Shown here piece after piece: positions 42,773 through 54,731 of a stretch of DNA of 64,000 bases (positions are counted from its first letter, which is position 1; each line of letters begins with the position of its first letter). The stretch is from the NCBI RefSeq assembly GCF_036321535.1, contig NC_087437.1, positions 38,442,001 through 38,506,000 of the forward strand, given 5' to 3'. Source of the DNA: Camelus dromedarius (lineage: Eukaryota). A program made the position numbers and the translations under genes. Below the pieces are notes generated by a model. That model did not search any database, had not been told where the DNA came from, and saw nothing but the letters and a program-made list of their open reading frames with translations.

Positions 42773-43150
42773 AGGAGATGTATGCACCGCTATGTTCACT
42801 GCAGTGTTATTTATATATAATAGCCAAGATATGAAAACAACCTAGGTGCCCATCAATGGATGAATGATAAAGAAGTTGTGATTCAACGATAAAAAAGAAT
42901 AAAGTCCTGCCATTTGTAACATCATGAATGGACATTGAGAGCACTATGCTTAGTGAAATAGTCAGAAAAAGGAAAAATAAATATTGTATGATTACTCTTA
43001 TATGTGGATTCTTAAAAAAAAGAAAAAGAAAAAGAAAAGGAAAGAAAGAAAGAGCTCATAGATACAGAGAATAGATTGGTGGTTACCAGAGCTGGGAATG
43101 AGGATGGGGGTGGGATAAAGGGTGTAGGAGAAATGAACAAAATAAATAAA
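42773..43150 (+). mobile_element. L1 ORF2 end/3' UTR fragment (L1MA-like)
   Basis: atgttcactgcag...aatagccaagatatgaaaacaacctaggtgcccatcaatggatgaatg...tcatagatacagagaatagattggtggttaccaga. Confidence 0.85.
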
Positions 43151-46100
43151 TAATAAAAATCAGGAAAAGAAAAAAAAATTTGGTAATCCACAAAAAAAGA
43201 AAAAGGAAAAAACAAAGAATAAATGCACAAGATAATTAGTCCACATGGCCACTGAGTTTTATATTATTTTAGGTAAATAAATAGTTTAAAAAAATTCAGT
43301 CTTACAATTTCTAATTCATCTTTATATCTCCCTGTAAGTGGTACAGTGTTCCACATATTAGTTACTTAATAGTTATATAGTCAATAAAGGAGTAAATGGA
43401 TGAATGATCCTTGAAATACAGCAAGAAATGAATCATTGTACCCAAAGCCAAAGGAAAATTTCAATTTCAGAGATATCTAAGTATGAAAAAAATAAACAAA
43501 GTAAATGTCAAAATTGAATTATTATGAGCACAAAGGTACAGCTCCTAGCATAGCATTTGGAAAAAAGCAATGGATATAAAAATCAGAAGACAGTATATAA
43601 AGATCTAAAACAACAACATTTTCTTCGGATACATCGTTTAGGTCAGATATTCATATTCTCATTCAAACAATATTTAATATTAATTTTCATCTTCTTTTCA
43701 TTATTACTAAGATCAAGTTACAAGTTTGCTTTTATAAATTTGAATTTATTAGATCAGAAAAATCAGGAGAAAATTTTTAAATTCTGAATGTTAAGCTTGT
43801 TAGATTAAAATACCTGAAATATATCTGTCACATTAGGCTTGAATTGAAATATAGAAATTTAAATAGTCAATATGACAGCATAAATAGTCATAAGGGAATG
43901 GAAAAATGAAAACGTCATAACAGTATGCTAGGGGAATGTTTACAATCTGTTAAAGATGATCAGGGCTAGAGGGATAAAAAACAATAATACCAGCAAGACA
44001 CTATTTTTTTCTAGTATAAAATAATTCATTTTTATCTAAGAATGACATGCACATTTTCATAAAATATATTTCAAAGTTAAATATGAAAATCCATTGTAAT
44101 ATTAGAAAGGTTTACCACCGGCATTATACGTTTCTTGATATGTAATTATCATTAAGTGCAAAGACTGATTGGGAAAATATTCAATTATGGAAAAATGATT
44201 GTATATTATATGTAAAGAATGGGTAAAGAACATCATAATCTCCTTGATTAAAATAAAATTGCCAAGCATATTAAACATTAATATATAAATAAATAACAGG
44301 CACATTCAGAAGAGATGTGAGAGACTAATGTCAAAGTATATAAAGCTTATAGTTATTAAAAACTGAATTTTTTACATCAGAAGGAATTGTTTAGATATTT
44401 CATATAAAAGTAGATATGAAGTAAAATTCTATGCAATATTTAAAAAAAGAAAGTATTAACAACATTTTTTTTTTCTGAAAGTAGTAGTTTTCTTTTCAGT
44501 TTTCTCAACCAGAACTTTACTTCATATTGAGGAAGTTTTTTTTAAAAATAATGTGGGGCTAATATTATGGTAAAAAGTCTTTTGTCTAGATAGCTGAATG
44601 CAGACTGGTATTTTGAAACTAAATTAGCAATTAAAATGGAACATTTACATCCTACCAGTACGTTCCAGAATTTAGAAAAGAATGAATGCAGGGAAAGGTC
44701 ACTGACATATTAAAAATAATATTGAATGTATATATGGAAAAAAGCACTATATGTTTCATGAGGGGTATTCTGGAATATGCAGGATATACACGTCATAAAA
44801 CCAGTTTTTAAATATATTCATAAATATTGTATTCTATTATATTAAGTATTTTTTAACCAAGCAGACATGATTAAGGGACCACTCAGCTATACTTAAAATA
44901 TATATAGTTATATCTATTATGTGCAAATATTAAAAAGGTAAATAGATGCATATATATAAATATAAATGTGTACAGATGTGAACATGCATATACACTTATA
45001 CATGTGTATCTGTATGTTTAGAATGGCAATACCAAAACTTCCCAGAAATTTAGTGTCACTATCTTAAACATGTTAACGAGTCCCTTAAACATAATGAACT
45101 AAAGTGCCCAAAGATATAACATCTCCCCAGCCTACTAAGATCTGTAGTTTGGGTCCTGTCTGATGGATACCCTTCATCCAACTTACACTTCAAGAAATTT
45201 CATCAATCTCTTGTTCCATTTTCCAAAGAGAGAAAGAATACAGCATGAATGAGATCTGAGAAAAATAAAAGCCTAGTGTTTGATAGTATTTTCAATTCTA
45301 ATCTAAGCCAGTGATATTTGACAAATTGTATTTATTTTCATCAATTCTAAGAGCAAAGGAATGGCAAATAGAAAAGATAATTGGGCCTCCACTACATTTA
45401 TTCTAAATGGAGAGTTCATATAGGATCTGATTTTTTCATAGATGGCAATTAACAGAAGCTTAGGTACATTAGTACAAACTTTTTCAAGGTTCCAGTATAG
45501 ATGTCTACACTGAATATAAGCAAGCAAAATAAAATATATTTATCACTTATTTTGCATTGGGAATATTGGTTAAATAACCAGTCCATTATCAAATAGCTGG
45601 AAAGTAAAAGAGATGGGGAGAAACTTTCAGATCAGGTTGTTTGAATACAAAGTGTTGGCCATTTTCTTTGCATATTTTCTTTATAAGATCATAATATTGT
45701 TCACCCAAGCCTGGAGGAAGAAATTACACCAGAGTCTGAAGTAACTAATATTAACTTGGTAATGATTATGTAAATACTTTTTATTAGTTTTGGTTTTTGC
45801 TGGTATTTCAATAAATGTGACAGCAATAGAAAATTAGCTTTCTTTTTAACTCTATTTTTCAATATATGAAAAATTAAACAGATTAACTTATGTTCAAAGT
45901 AATCACTGAAATACTAACGTGATATTTTTAAATAACCACCCATCTCCTCATTTTCTCATCTTTGTATCATCACACTTCCAACTCCAAGCTAATCAAATAA
46001 AGATCCTGCTTTGTTATGTACAGGTTAGTCTATAAAACCATCTCAAAAATTAAAAACGGAATTATGTGATTTAACTCTGAAAAACTTATATCCAGGTACC

Positions 46101-46315
46101 AAAAGTTGAATACACACACACAGACACACACACACACCCCTTGTTTTGGGTTGTAAAAAATGTATCACTTTTAAGTGAATGTTTAATAGTGTCATAGCAT
46201 AATTTAATTATTAAGAAACCTTCTCTTCCTTTGAAATTCTTTATGACTTTTAATTTTATCTTTCTTGTAAACCCCTTCAACATATAGAGTTTATTAGCCA
46301 TCATTTAAAGCATAT

Positions 46316-46460
46316 ACTTTGCTACTCAGAGTGTGGCCAGGGACCAACTGCTTTCTCATCATCTGGAAGACTTGTCAGATCACTTAAACTTACTGAATCA
46401 GAAATGTGCATTTTACTAATATCCTTAGGCATTCCCTAAGTATATTAAAGTTTGTGACAT
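46316..46460. mobile_element. MER5A1-type DNA transposon
   Basis: gctactcagagtgtggcc...tactgaatcagaaatgtgcatttta...attaaagtttg. Confidence 0.7.
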
Positions 46461-48951
46461 AATAATTTCATACCAATATATTGGCGATTTGTATTAACTA
46501 ATATTTTAAGTTCCATCATTTTATCTCTGAATAAAGATATAAAGTTAGTTGAGGATAAGAACTTATGAAACTTTTGTGCCCTAAAAGAAAGTCTAAAGAT
46601 AACAAGTAACTCATTTAAGAACTGAGACTATAATTTTCAGCTACCAGCTATTAATGTACAGAAACCATCATGCTGGAGTTTTAGTTCATAAATTACAGAT
46701 TCATGTACTTGTTGTCTCCCTGGGATGAATGTTCTGTTTAAACATTTCACAGATCTGCACTTTCTGATGCCTATATTCATTTGGGTTCTACACTGCACCA
46801 AGTTTACTCACAAGGTATGTATTAACACAAGATGTTGTATGATTGTAAATAGAAAAATATAATTATTGCTCAATATCTAAGAGTACTTGAAGTAAAAGAT
46901 CCTTTGCTTAGAAAGTAATGACTGAAGTACATTTGGAAACACAAAAACCATCAGTCGTGTAACAGTCTATGTACTCAATGAAATGGTAAAATAGATGGAG
47001 ATTCTTGCATCCCTTGAGTTCAATTAAATCAAATGGTTTGCTTTGTGTTTTTAAATTATAAGGTAATTTTTGTTTAACAGCATTCAAGCACATTTTCTAA
47101 ATAAACCATTGAGCATTTTTCGAGACTCTATGTGTTACAAACTGAAGATTCTTTATTCATTATTATCCTCAAATGGTTTAACTGGAGACTAAACTGTGTA
47201 TTATGTTCCAAAAATAAAATTATAGAATAAAGTGATACTGTATATCAAACACTGTTAAGCGATATTACATCTATGCAGGCAAATGGCAATGCAAACATAT
47301 CTATATCCAGGTATACATATATAGGGATACATGTGGTAAGTAGATAGATTCAGCTACCTATACACAAAAACATGGGTATTCACGTATAGGTACCAGATAT
47401 ACTTAATGTCTTTCTATTACAAAAGTTTAAGTTTGGTAATCATTATTGAAGTTACAAGTCAATTCTCTTCATTTGACTCAGAGAATCATGAGGCTCATGG
47501 GATAACCTACCTTCTAAGAAACATTCAGCGAGCAGCAGAGCAAAGTCTAAATTGGGCATCCTGACTCCAAGCACAATAATCTCTTCTGAGGTTCCCTTTT
47601 TCATCAATGACTTTCTATTAGGCTCTTCACATTGCCTAATTAACATATATTTTAAGAGTCTGAAAAAAAAAAGTAGGTGCTACCAATAAAACATGTATTT
47701 ATTTTAATGTCAAAGAATTCAATACTTTTAGCAGTGTTCTTTCCTTTTAACAGCCCAGTGGGATTCATTCTGCCACTTTATTCTTTAAAGCAATGTGTCC
47801 TAATTGCATGTGAAACGTTACACTGCATTAGTATGAAGGTATAATCAATAAATGGCCAGTTCATTCAGTATTTTGAAGACTCTGCAGAATGGAAGGTCAT
47901 GCCTGATGGGAATACAATAGCAAGAGTGTCACCAAGTGATTAACAGCGACTCCACAGTAATTAGAGTATTACTTTTACTTTGACGCAGTGTTTAACTTGG
48001 TTAGTACCTAAAGTGAAATTTAAAATCAAGCTCTTTTTGCTTTAAATATTTTACCAGCAACCCAATTCCTGACTGAAACGTAAGATCAGTACCTAACTAT
48101 AAATGTCCTTGAAGTATAGTCCATCTTTAGGAGTCTACTAGATCAGTCAGTAGACACCTTTCAACAAGTGATAATGTAAAACAGCTGAAGAGGCATATAG
48201 ACAAATTTCTAAGAATTTTCTTCAACAAATATTTACTGTATATCTGAGCAGGGTGCTGAATTTAGTATGGTAGTGGAAGCAAATAAATACTATAAATACT
48301 ATAACCAACAAGCTTTAAAAATAATAACAATGATAATAATAACATAAATGGTAATTTACTTGTATTAACAAGTTTCTCCCTGGGCATTATAATCTCAATT
48401 TTGTAAGTGTGCAAACCAAGATAAAGAAAAGTTAAATTACCCGCTTAGTATCATTCAGCTGTTTGAATGTTCATGATTTTAACTCAAGTTTGTTTGCAAG
48501 AAAACTATTCCGCATTTATGTCAGATTAGAGAAACACAGGTTCCTGCTCTCAAAGGGTTCATTATCTAGTGACAGAACACAAAATGTGCAACACAACTAA
48601 GCACATTTAGAAGGTGTAAGCAAAGGTTTAAGCAAAATGGTAAGAGGGCTCTATAGAGTTAGTGTTTAAATCTGGCTTGAGAAAATGTAGCATGATCTCC
48701 AGATAGAGTAAATATTTGACCTTGGATTTGGATGGTAAATTCTGATGGACCAACAAACAAACAAAAAAAGATTATGTTATTTCAGTGATTTTGAAGGCTG
48801 TGAGTAAAGGGGAGTCAAAAAAGACGGTGGCATACCCAGATATTAACAAGCAGTTTGATACCTACAAAATACAAAATACATAAAGAAAAGCAGAAGAGGA
48901 TTCAGTAGCTAGAGATAAGATTATATGAAGTTATAAGAAGAAAGTATATAA

Positions 48952-49021
48952 TTGCTGTACACCAGAAATTGACACAACATTGTAAACTGACTATACCTCA
49001 AAAAAAAAAAAAAAAAAAAAG
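48952..49021 (+). mobile_element. Extremely 5'-truncated young L1 (about 48 bp plus poly-A)
   Basis: tgctgtacaccagaaattgacacaacattgtaaactgactatacctc followed by A21; TSD aagaagaaagt(a/t)tat at 48935-48949 and 49022-49036. Confidence 0.92.
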
Positions 49022-51639
49022 AAGAAGAAAGTTTATGAAGTGCTCAAATTGCAATGGTAAGATATTTTGAATTTTTTCTACTGGCAATAAGAAAAACATA
49101 AAAAATGAACAGTGAGATTACTCTGGCAATGTTCTAAGGTGAAATGGCATGCAGAGTGACTGAAATCAAGAGTGTCATTTGGAAGGATATTGCAAAGGAT
49201 TTAACTGCAGTTAGATACCCTTCTCCACTTATCCATAGACCTAATGAGAAAGTGTATATCAATAATACTAATTTTGATAATGACATGCATTTTGATATCA
49301 TTATATAGCCTAATACTACTACCATATTCAATACTGGGGGAGGGAGACATGAAAAAGACAATTCAGGTATTCTATCAACATTGCAAGATGCAGAATTTGT
49401 ATTAAAGAAATAATGATACCTGCTCAGACTCATATAAACAATAACTGAAGAAAACAAAATGAGACTTTGAGTCTCCTGACCTTATCCATCATATCTTACA
49501 GCAAGTGCTAAGTGACAAAGGTAAAAGATACCACATTTTAATCTGCATTTATAAATATCAATATTTAAATTGGATATCTGTTTTTAAAACACTGAAGTTA
49601 TATGAAATATGAAGTCATAAGAAAGTTTATAATTGCTGTTTATAAAATACTGAATAGATTTATACTTCATAGGTGTTTGCTTATTTAAAATTAGAACACC
49701 ATACTAATAATTAATTCAATAATTATTTATTGGTAGCACAAACTAATCACTGATAAAGAAAGAAGCATTACCCATCCCTTTATGAAATATAAAACCTTGC
49801 AGAGAACACAGAAATCAATGTAATAATTACTAAAAATATTAATTCCTCTTTACCTTCTCCTTAATTTTAAAAATCATTGTAGTTTACATCTTTAATTTAG
49901 ACCCTTTCATCCATAATGCAAAAGAATACATTGAAGCAAAATATCATTTTAAATGTTATAAACTATTGGAAATCTTGTCATAAGTATGAGTCCAGTTCTT
50001 ATAATCTTTTTTGGATGTAGTCTGGTAGCAAGACTTTTGGAAATATACTTCAAAAGCTCTGAAATCAAAGCTTTACTGGAGAGTAGATATGGCTTATGAA
50101 AGAACAAGTGGAGGATGAAGGATTTATAGCTCAGCTTCCCCACATGACCTCACAAAAGAAAATCAAGGAGATTTTTCTGTCAAAGGGAATAGCTGGGGTT
50201 CAATCTTGATAAAGCTCTCAAAAGTATCTCTAGACATATCTAGATCAAAATGACACATGGCTGAGCATCTATCAGTGTAGTCTCCAAATTTCTTATGCAT
50301 GGATATATAGAAAAATGAAAACTCTCAGCAACTTGGATAAAGAAAAACTGGCAAACAAATTGACAGAATGGGGAGGAATCTCTCATGAATGATAAGATAA
50401 GGCAGCCACAGCTGAAAAACTAAACTGAACTTGAGCTTACAGCACATGCCACAACTGCTTCATGAGAGAACACCAAGGAAGAAGAAAGTTGTTTCAATCT
50501 TGTATCACCCACTATCCTCTGACCCAGAAACCTGGAGCATGGACTGCTCAGAGAAGATGGGAGACATTTATTTCCTCACTTAGGGAACTGACTTGTAAGT
50601 TAAGATGGCTTCTCCCTTCAATCTCAGAAATTCCATGATTTCAATTTACACAGTATATTTTAGAAGTAGAGTAGGTAGTTTTAAATATCACAAGTCACAA
50701 ACTGAAATTAGGAGTTTATTGGTAGTAGCACTGTACATTTAGAGAAGCCTAGACATGAAGTAGAAGGAAATTACGTTGTGTTATATGGTACACTTTGTGT
50801 ACCATAAAAAGCTTCAAGAACTTGAAAGACAGGAAAACAGAATAAAGGAAGACATTAGTAGAAAAGCAAAAAAAAAAAAAAAAAAAAAAAAAAATTACCA
50901 AAATGAAGGAATTGTACTGGAAGTCTGGTACTTCTTGACTTTATTTCCAGCTGAAGAATTGAAGAACAAAATTAAAAAGCCTTGTTAGGAGGCTGAAAAT
51001 TGAACGATGGATACTCCCCATTTTTGTATAATCCCTATAATTTTTTTTTAGAGAAAGAATATGTGGTTTCAATGCATAACATCTGAAATCACAAGGAGAA
51101 AACTGCCTGATATTAAAAAGCAAGAAAATATCAATATTCAGTAGGAGAAACAAGGAAAAATATCATGGAAAAGACAAATTTATTCAAATTTATACTAAAA
51201 AGAATAAAGAGCAGAATTAATTTAATCAACACTGAAAAACAAAACAAAACAAAAATTGCAATAAATCAGTATAACAACTCATAAGTTGGTGAGCAAGTTT
51301 GAAGAAAAGCTCTTAGAAGGAAAAAGAAAGAACAAAGAAATTACCATTATGAAAGACATAATACTACCATTATAGATAATTAGGGAGAAGAATTCACCAT
51401 GCAAATATTGAAAACAAGAGATCATATTACACAGAAACTAAACTACTTGTGTCCAGGGGAGATTCATAGGGAGTCAGGCAAAAACAGTAACAGCAGCAAC
51501 TGTGCTTGCAAATTTTAAATATTAATACAAATGAACCAACTGCCTATTAAAACAAACCAACCAACGGTATACAATACTCAGTTTTAAACCAAAGTTACTA
51601 TCCTTAAATAATACCTACCTTGAAACCAGTAAATAAACA

Positions 51640-51888
51640 TGTCCTGGAGATGTAATGTATAGCACAGTGATCACAGTCAATGATACTGTACTAAAAACTT
51701 CAAAATTTCTAAGAGACTAAATTTTAATCATTCTCACCACAAAAAAGTTATAATTATATGACAGGCTAGAGGTGTTAGCTAATGCTATGGTGACAGTCAT
51801 ACTGCAATATATAAATGTATCAAATCAACATATTGCACACCTTAAACTTATACAGCATTGTATGTCAAATATATCTAAATAAGAAAAT
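51640..51888 (+). mobile_element. L1 3' end (L1MA9-like)
   Basis: ggagatgtaatgtatagcacagtga...ttctcaccacaaaaaa...tatcaaatcaacatattgcacaccttaaacttata...tatgtcaaatatatctaaataa. Confidence 0.85.
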
Positions 51889-51889
51889 A

Positions 51890-53116
51890 ATACAAAACAA
51901 AATTACTAGACATGCAAAGAAAGGTAAGTGTGTCCCACCTTCAGAGGGAAAAACCAATCAACACAAATTTGATTTCAAGAAGACTCAGACTTTGAATTTA
52001 GCAGCAAAAGACTTCAAAGAATCTAATATAAATATGTCACAATGACACAAGAATAAGGCATAAATGCATACATACATACATACAAGGTATAGTTATTGTA
52101 AAAGAAGCTTAAAACACTATTTTCAAAATATATTAGTGTATATGAAGACAATACAAAGAAAATTACAAAAATGCTACCAGAATTAAGTGTATTTAGTAAA
52201 TTTATAGAATAGGACGTCAATTAATAACAATTTATTTTATATAAATACTAGAATTGAGTAATCAAAAATTACTGAAAACTTTTCACAGTATCATTAAAAG
52301 AAAATACTTAGGAATACTGTTAGCAAAGATGTGCAAGTCCCATACTCAAAAATCTACAAAGCATTACTGAAAATAATTAAAGATCTAAGCAAATTGAAAA
52401 CTAAATCATGTTCATGATTTGCAAGACTCGATTATATTAGTGGTAATTCTCCCCAAAGTGATTTATAGATGTAACCTTGTCCCAAACAAAAATCTCAGCA
52501 GGCTTTTCATAGAACCTGAATAACTTATTCTACAATTTACACATTAAAAAAAAAAAACCTGACATGAAAAAGCCAACATAAATTTTAAAATAAAACACCG
52601 TTGAAGGACTTGCAGTATATTACTGTTACACTATAAAGCTACTGTAATCGGAATAGTACGGCATTGTCATAAGCATAGATACCAGATACACAAGTCCTTG
52701 GAACAGAAAGGGTGTCTGAATGGGTCCACATGGTGACCACATGTATATGGAATAAATTTATTTTTATTAAAATGCCAAGGTAATTCATTGGGAAAAGTAC
52801 GGATTACTAACAAAAGATAATGAAATAACTGGACACTTAATGTGGAAAGAAAAAGAACCCCTTCATTCCTACATCATGACATACATTAAAAACGAACTTC
52901 AACTATTTTATATAGATGTGTATATAAGAGCTAAAATCAGAAACTTCTAAAAGAAAGCTTGGGGAAAATAGGTGACGGTAGGTTAGCAAATATTTCTTTG
53001 ACAGGACACAGAACACCAAAACGTAAAGGAAAAAATAATAAATCAGACCTTGTCAAAATTAATAATTTTTGCCTGTCTGAAGGCACCATTAAGAAAACGA
53101 AGAATGGGAGAGAAAA
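51890..53116 (+). mobile_element. Old L1 fragments (5'/ORF1 piece, then ORF2 RT-to-C-terminal region), ending abruptly with no 3' UTR
   Basis: aaaatacttaggaata...tcatgttcatgatttgcaagactc...tataaagctactgtaatc...aaaattaataatttttgc...caccattaagaaaa...gaatgggaga. Confidence 0.8.
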
Positions 53117-53135
53117 GAGACAAGGATTTCCTTAC

Positions 53136-53294
53136 CTCTGAGAAGTCCGGGTTCTTGGTTCCGGCAGCCCGGACGGCGTTCGGCGCGCGGTTCTGCGGAA
53201 CCTACTAGAGGCTGTTGGCGTGCACGCTGCGCATGCGCGCGGCGCGCGAGCCGGCGGCGCTGTAGCGCGCGCCTCCTCCTTTTGCAGTGGGGCG
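53136..53294 (-). pseudogene. SELENOO: SELENOO-like pseudo-exon C (probably exon 8 equivalent), 159 bp, now very CpG-rich
   Basis: Acceptor ctccag|CGCCCC; contains CACGCCAAC (HAN); TAGTAG at 53202-53207 where SELENOO has KY; ends GACTTCTCAGAG|GTAAGG (DFSE). Confidence 0.82.
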
Positions 53295-53310
53295 CTGGAG
53301 TCACGTCCAC
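53146..53310. promoter_or_regulatory. Small CpG island with consensus NRF1 site (TGCGCATGCGCG, 53228-53239); candidate promoter
   Basis: About 27 CpGs in ~165 bp in an otherwise CpG-depleted window; exact match to YGCGCAYGCGCR; ETS-like CCGGAA (minus) and GCGGAA (plus) cores. Activity is inferred, not shown. Confidence 0.55.
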
Positions 53311-53474
53311 CCCCAAATGTTCAGCAAACCGCAGCATCTCACAGCCACTCCTTCCGCATTTGGTTCCGTGTGGGGTTCGTCTGTGGCAACCTCACAAGAA
53401 ATGGTGACAAGACCAATTGGCACCTGGACGGCCTGGAGGAGCCTTGCCGACGCCCTGATGGTGCGGCGCCTCAG

Positions 53475-53637
53475 CTGCACCCCTGGATCCAGTCAGGCCT
53501 GGGGTCCCTGTTCCTGCTCAGCAGCTTGGCGGGTCTCGGCTGCTCCAGCTGCAGGTGTTACTCTAAGTGCTCCAGTTCTTCCTGACATTCGGATAAGCAG
53601 TTTCAACTGTGCCTGCATCAGCATCATTGAGAGCTGC
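53475..53637 (-). pseudogene. SELENOO: SELENOO-like pseudo-exon B (probably exon 7 equivalent), 163 bp
   Basis: Acceptor tctcttttcctcag|GCAGCTCTCAATGATGCTGATG (QLSMMLM); frameshifting deletion; TAA at 53558-53560; donor mutated to AG|CTGAGG. Confidence 0.88.
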
Positions 53638-54731
53638 CTGAGGAAAAGAGACAGTGTGAGGTGCGTCCAGGAGGCTGCGGCTTCCTCACCACTGGTCGGG
53701 GTCTGTGTCCTGGGAGCATCGTGCACCTGGAATGACGACTGTCCCAGCACGGAGGAAGAGGCAGTGGCCTCAGCTGTCCTGCTGGAACCCCCACCCCACC
53801 CCAGCCTAGAGAGCTACCCCAGGGGGTAATTCAGACCAGATGCGGCAGGCATAGGGGAGTACCTACCACCCATCCATCTTTGTTCTGTGGCAGCCCATCT
53901 ACATGACCTAACACAAACACATCCGAAGGGGGAGAGGCCCCTGGGTGGTTAGGGGAGGATCTGGGACCACCCGGGCCCCAGAAAGCAGAAAGACCAGGGA
54001 TAGGGTGCCATTTCTCTCTGCTGCTTGGCACCCACCTATGCCCCAAACCAGTATCAGCTTCCTCCTGGAGAAGGTCACTCTTGTCAGCTCTTCCCATGGT
54101 AACTACAGGGCTGGTTCCTACCCAACCCTGAAAGGCCTGGGGAGGGGGGCGGAGGAGGGATAGCACCCAGACATCTCCTTCCCCAGTGGGGTTGATTTTG
54201 TGTTCAGCAGGTCCTGCTAGTTGGTCCCCGTGCATCCTGGGAACCATCAACCCACCTCTGACACTGCTGCACTAAATTCTTCTTTGACAACAAGGTTTGC
54301 TTCTCAAAACCTATAACCAACACTTCTCATTTCTTATCGTGAGCACCCTCGGGACATGGCATGCTCTTCCCATTGGGAGATGGTGCAGGAAAGCATGGTC
54401 TGGCTAGCAACCTAAGGACCCACAGGCTCCTCCTGGTTAGCCCTAAGAGCTGTTTTTTTCAAAAAATCTGCCCTCAAGCAGAAACAGCTGTCCCCTAGCC
54501 TGTGCTGCCTGGCCTTGCCAGTGTCAGCATCACTGTCCTTTACTCTGAGACCAGTGCTACAGAAACAGGACCTGACCATTCCTCATTCCTGGGAGTGGAG
54601 TAGGTTGCTGGGAGCCCTAGTTAAATCTGTGTCTAATGTCCCCGACTTGCACTTTCATCCATGCACTTCATTGAAAATATTACTCCCTTTTGCAGAAACA
54701 AATTCCAAGGAAACAAGACCCAAGAACTTAC

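Noticed and set aside
51490..51510. cagcagcaactgtgcttgca, resembling the SELENOO terminal AAELCVT codons
   Set aside because: It is on the wrong strand relative to the pseudogene, too short and embedded in L1-like sequence; probably chance.
53287..53829. 180-aa plus-strand ORF and the overlapping 121-aa ORF at 53220..53585
   Set aside because: They are antisense shadows of GC-rich pseudo-exons, start at non-ATG codons and resemble no protein I recognise.
53831..54250. 139-aa minus-strand ORF
   Set aside because: It lies within the intron between pseudo-exons A and B and shows no SELENOO or other recognisable similarity.
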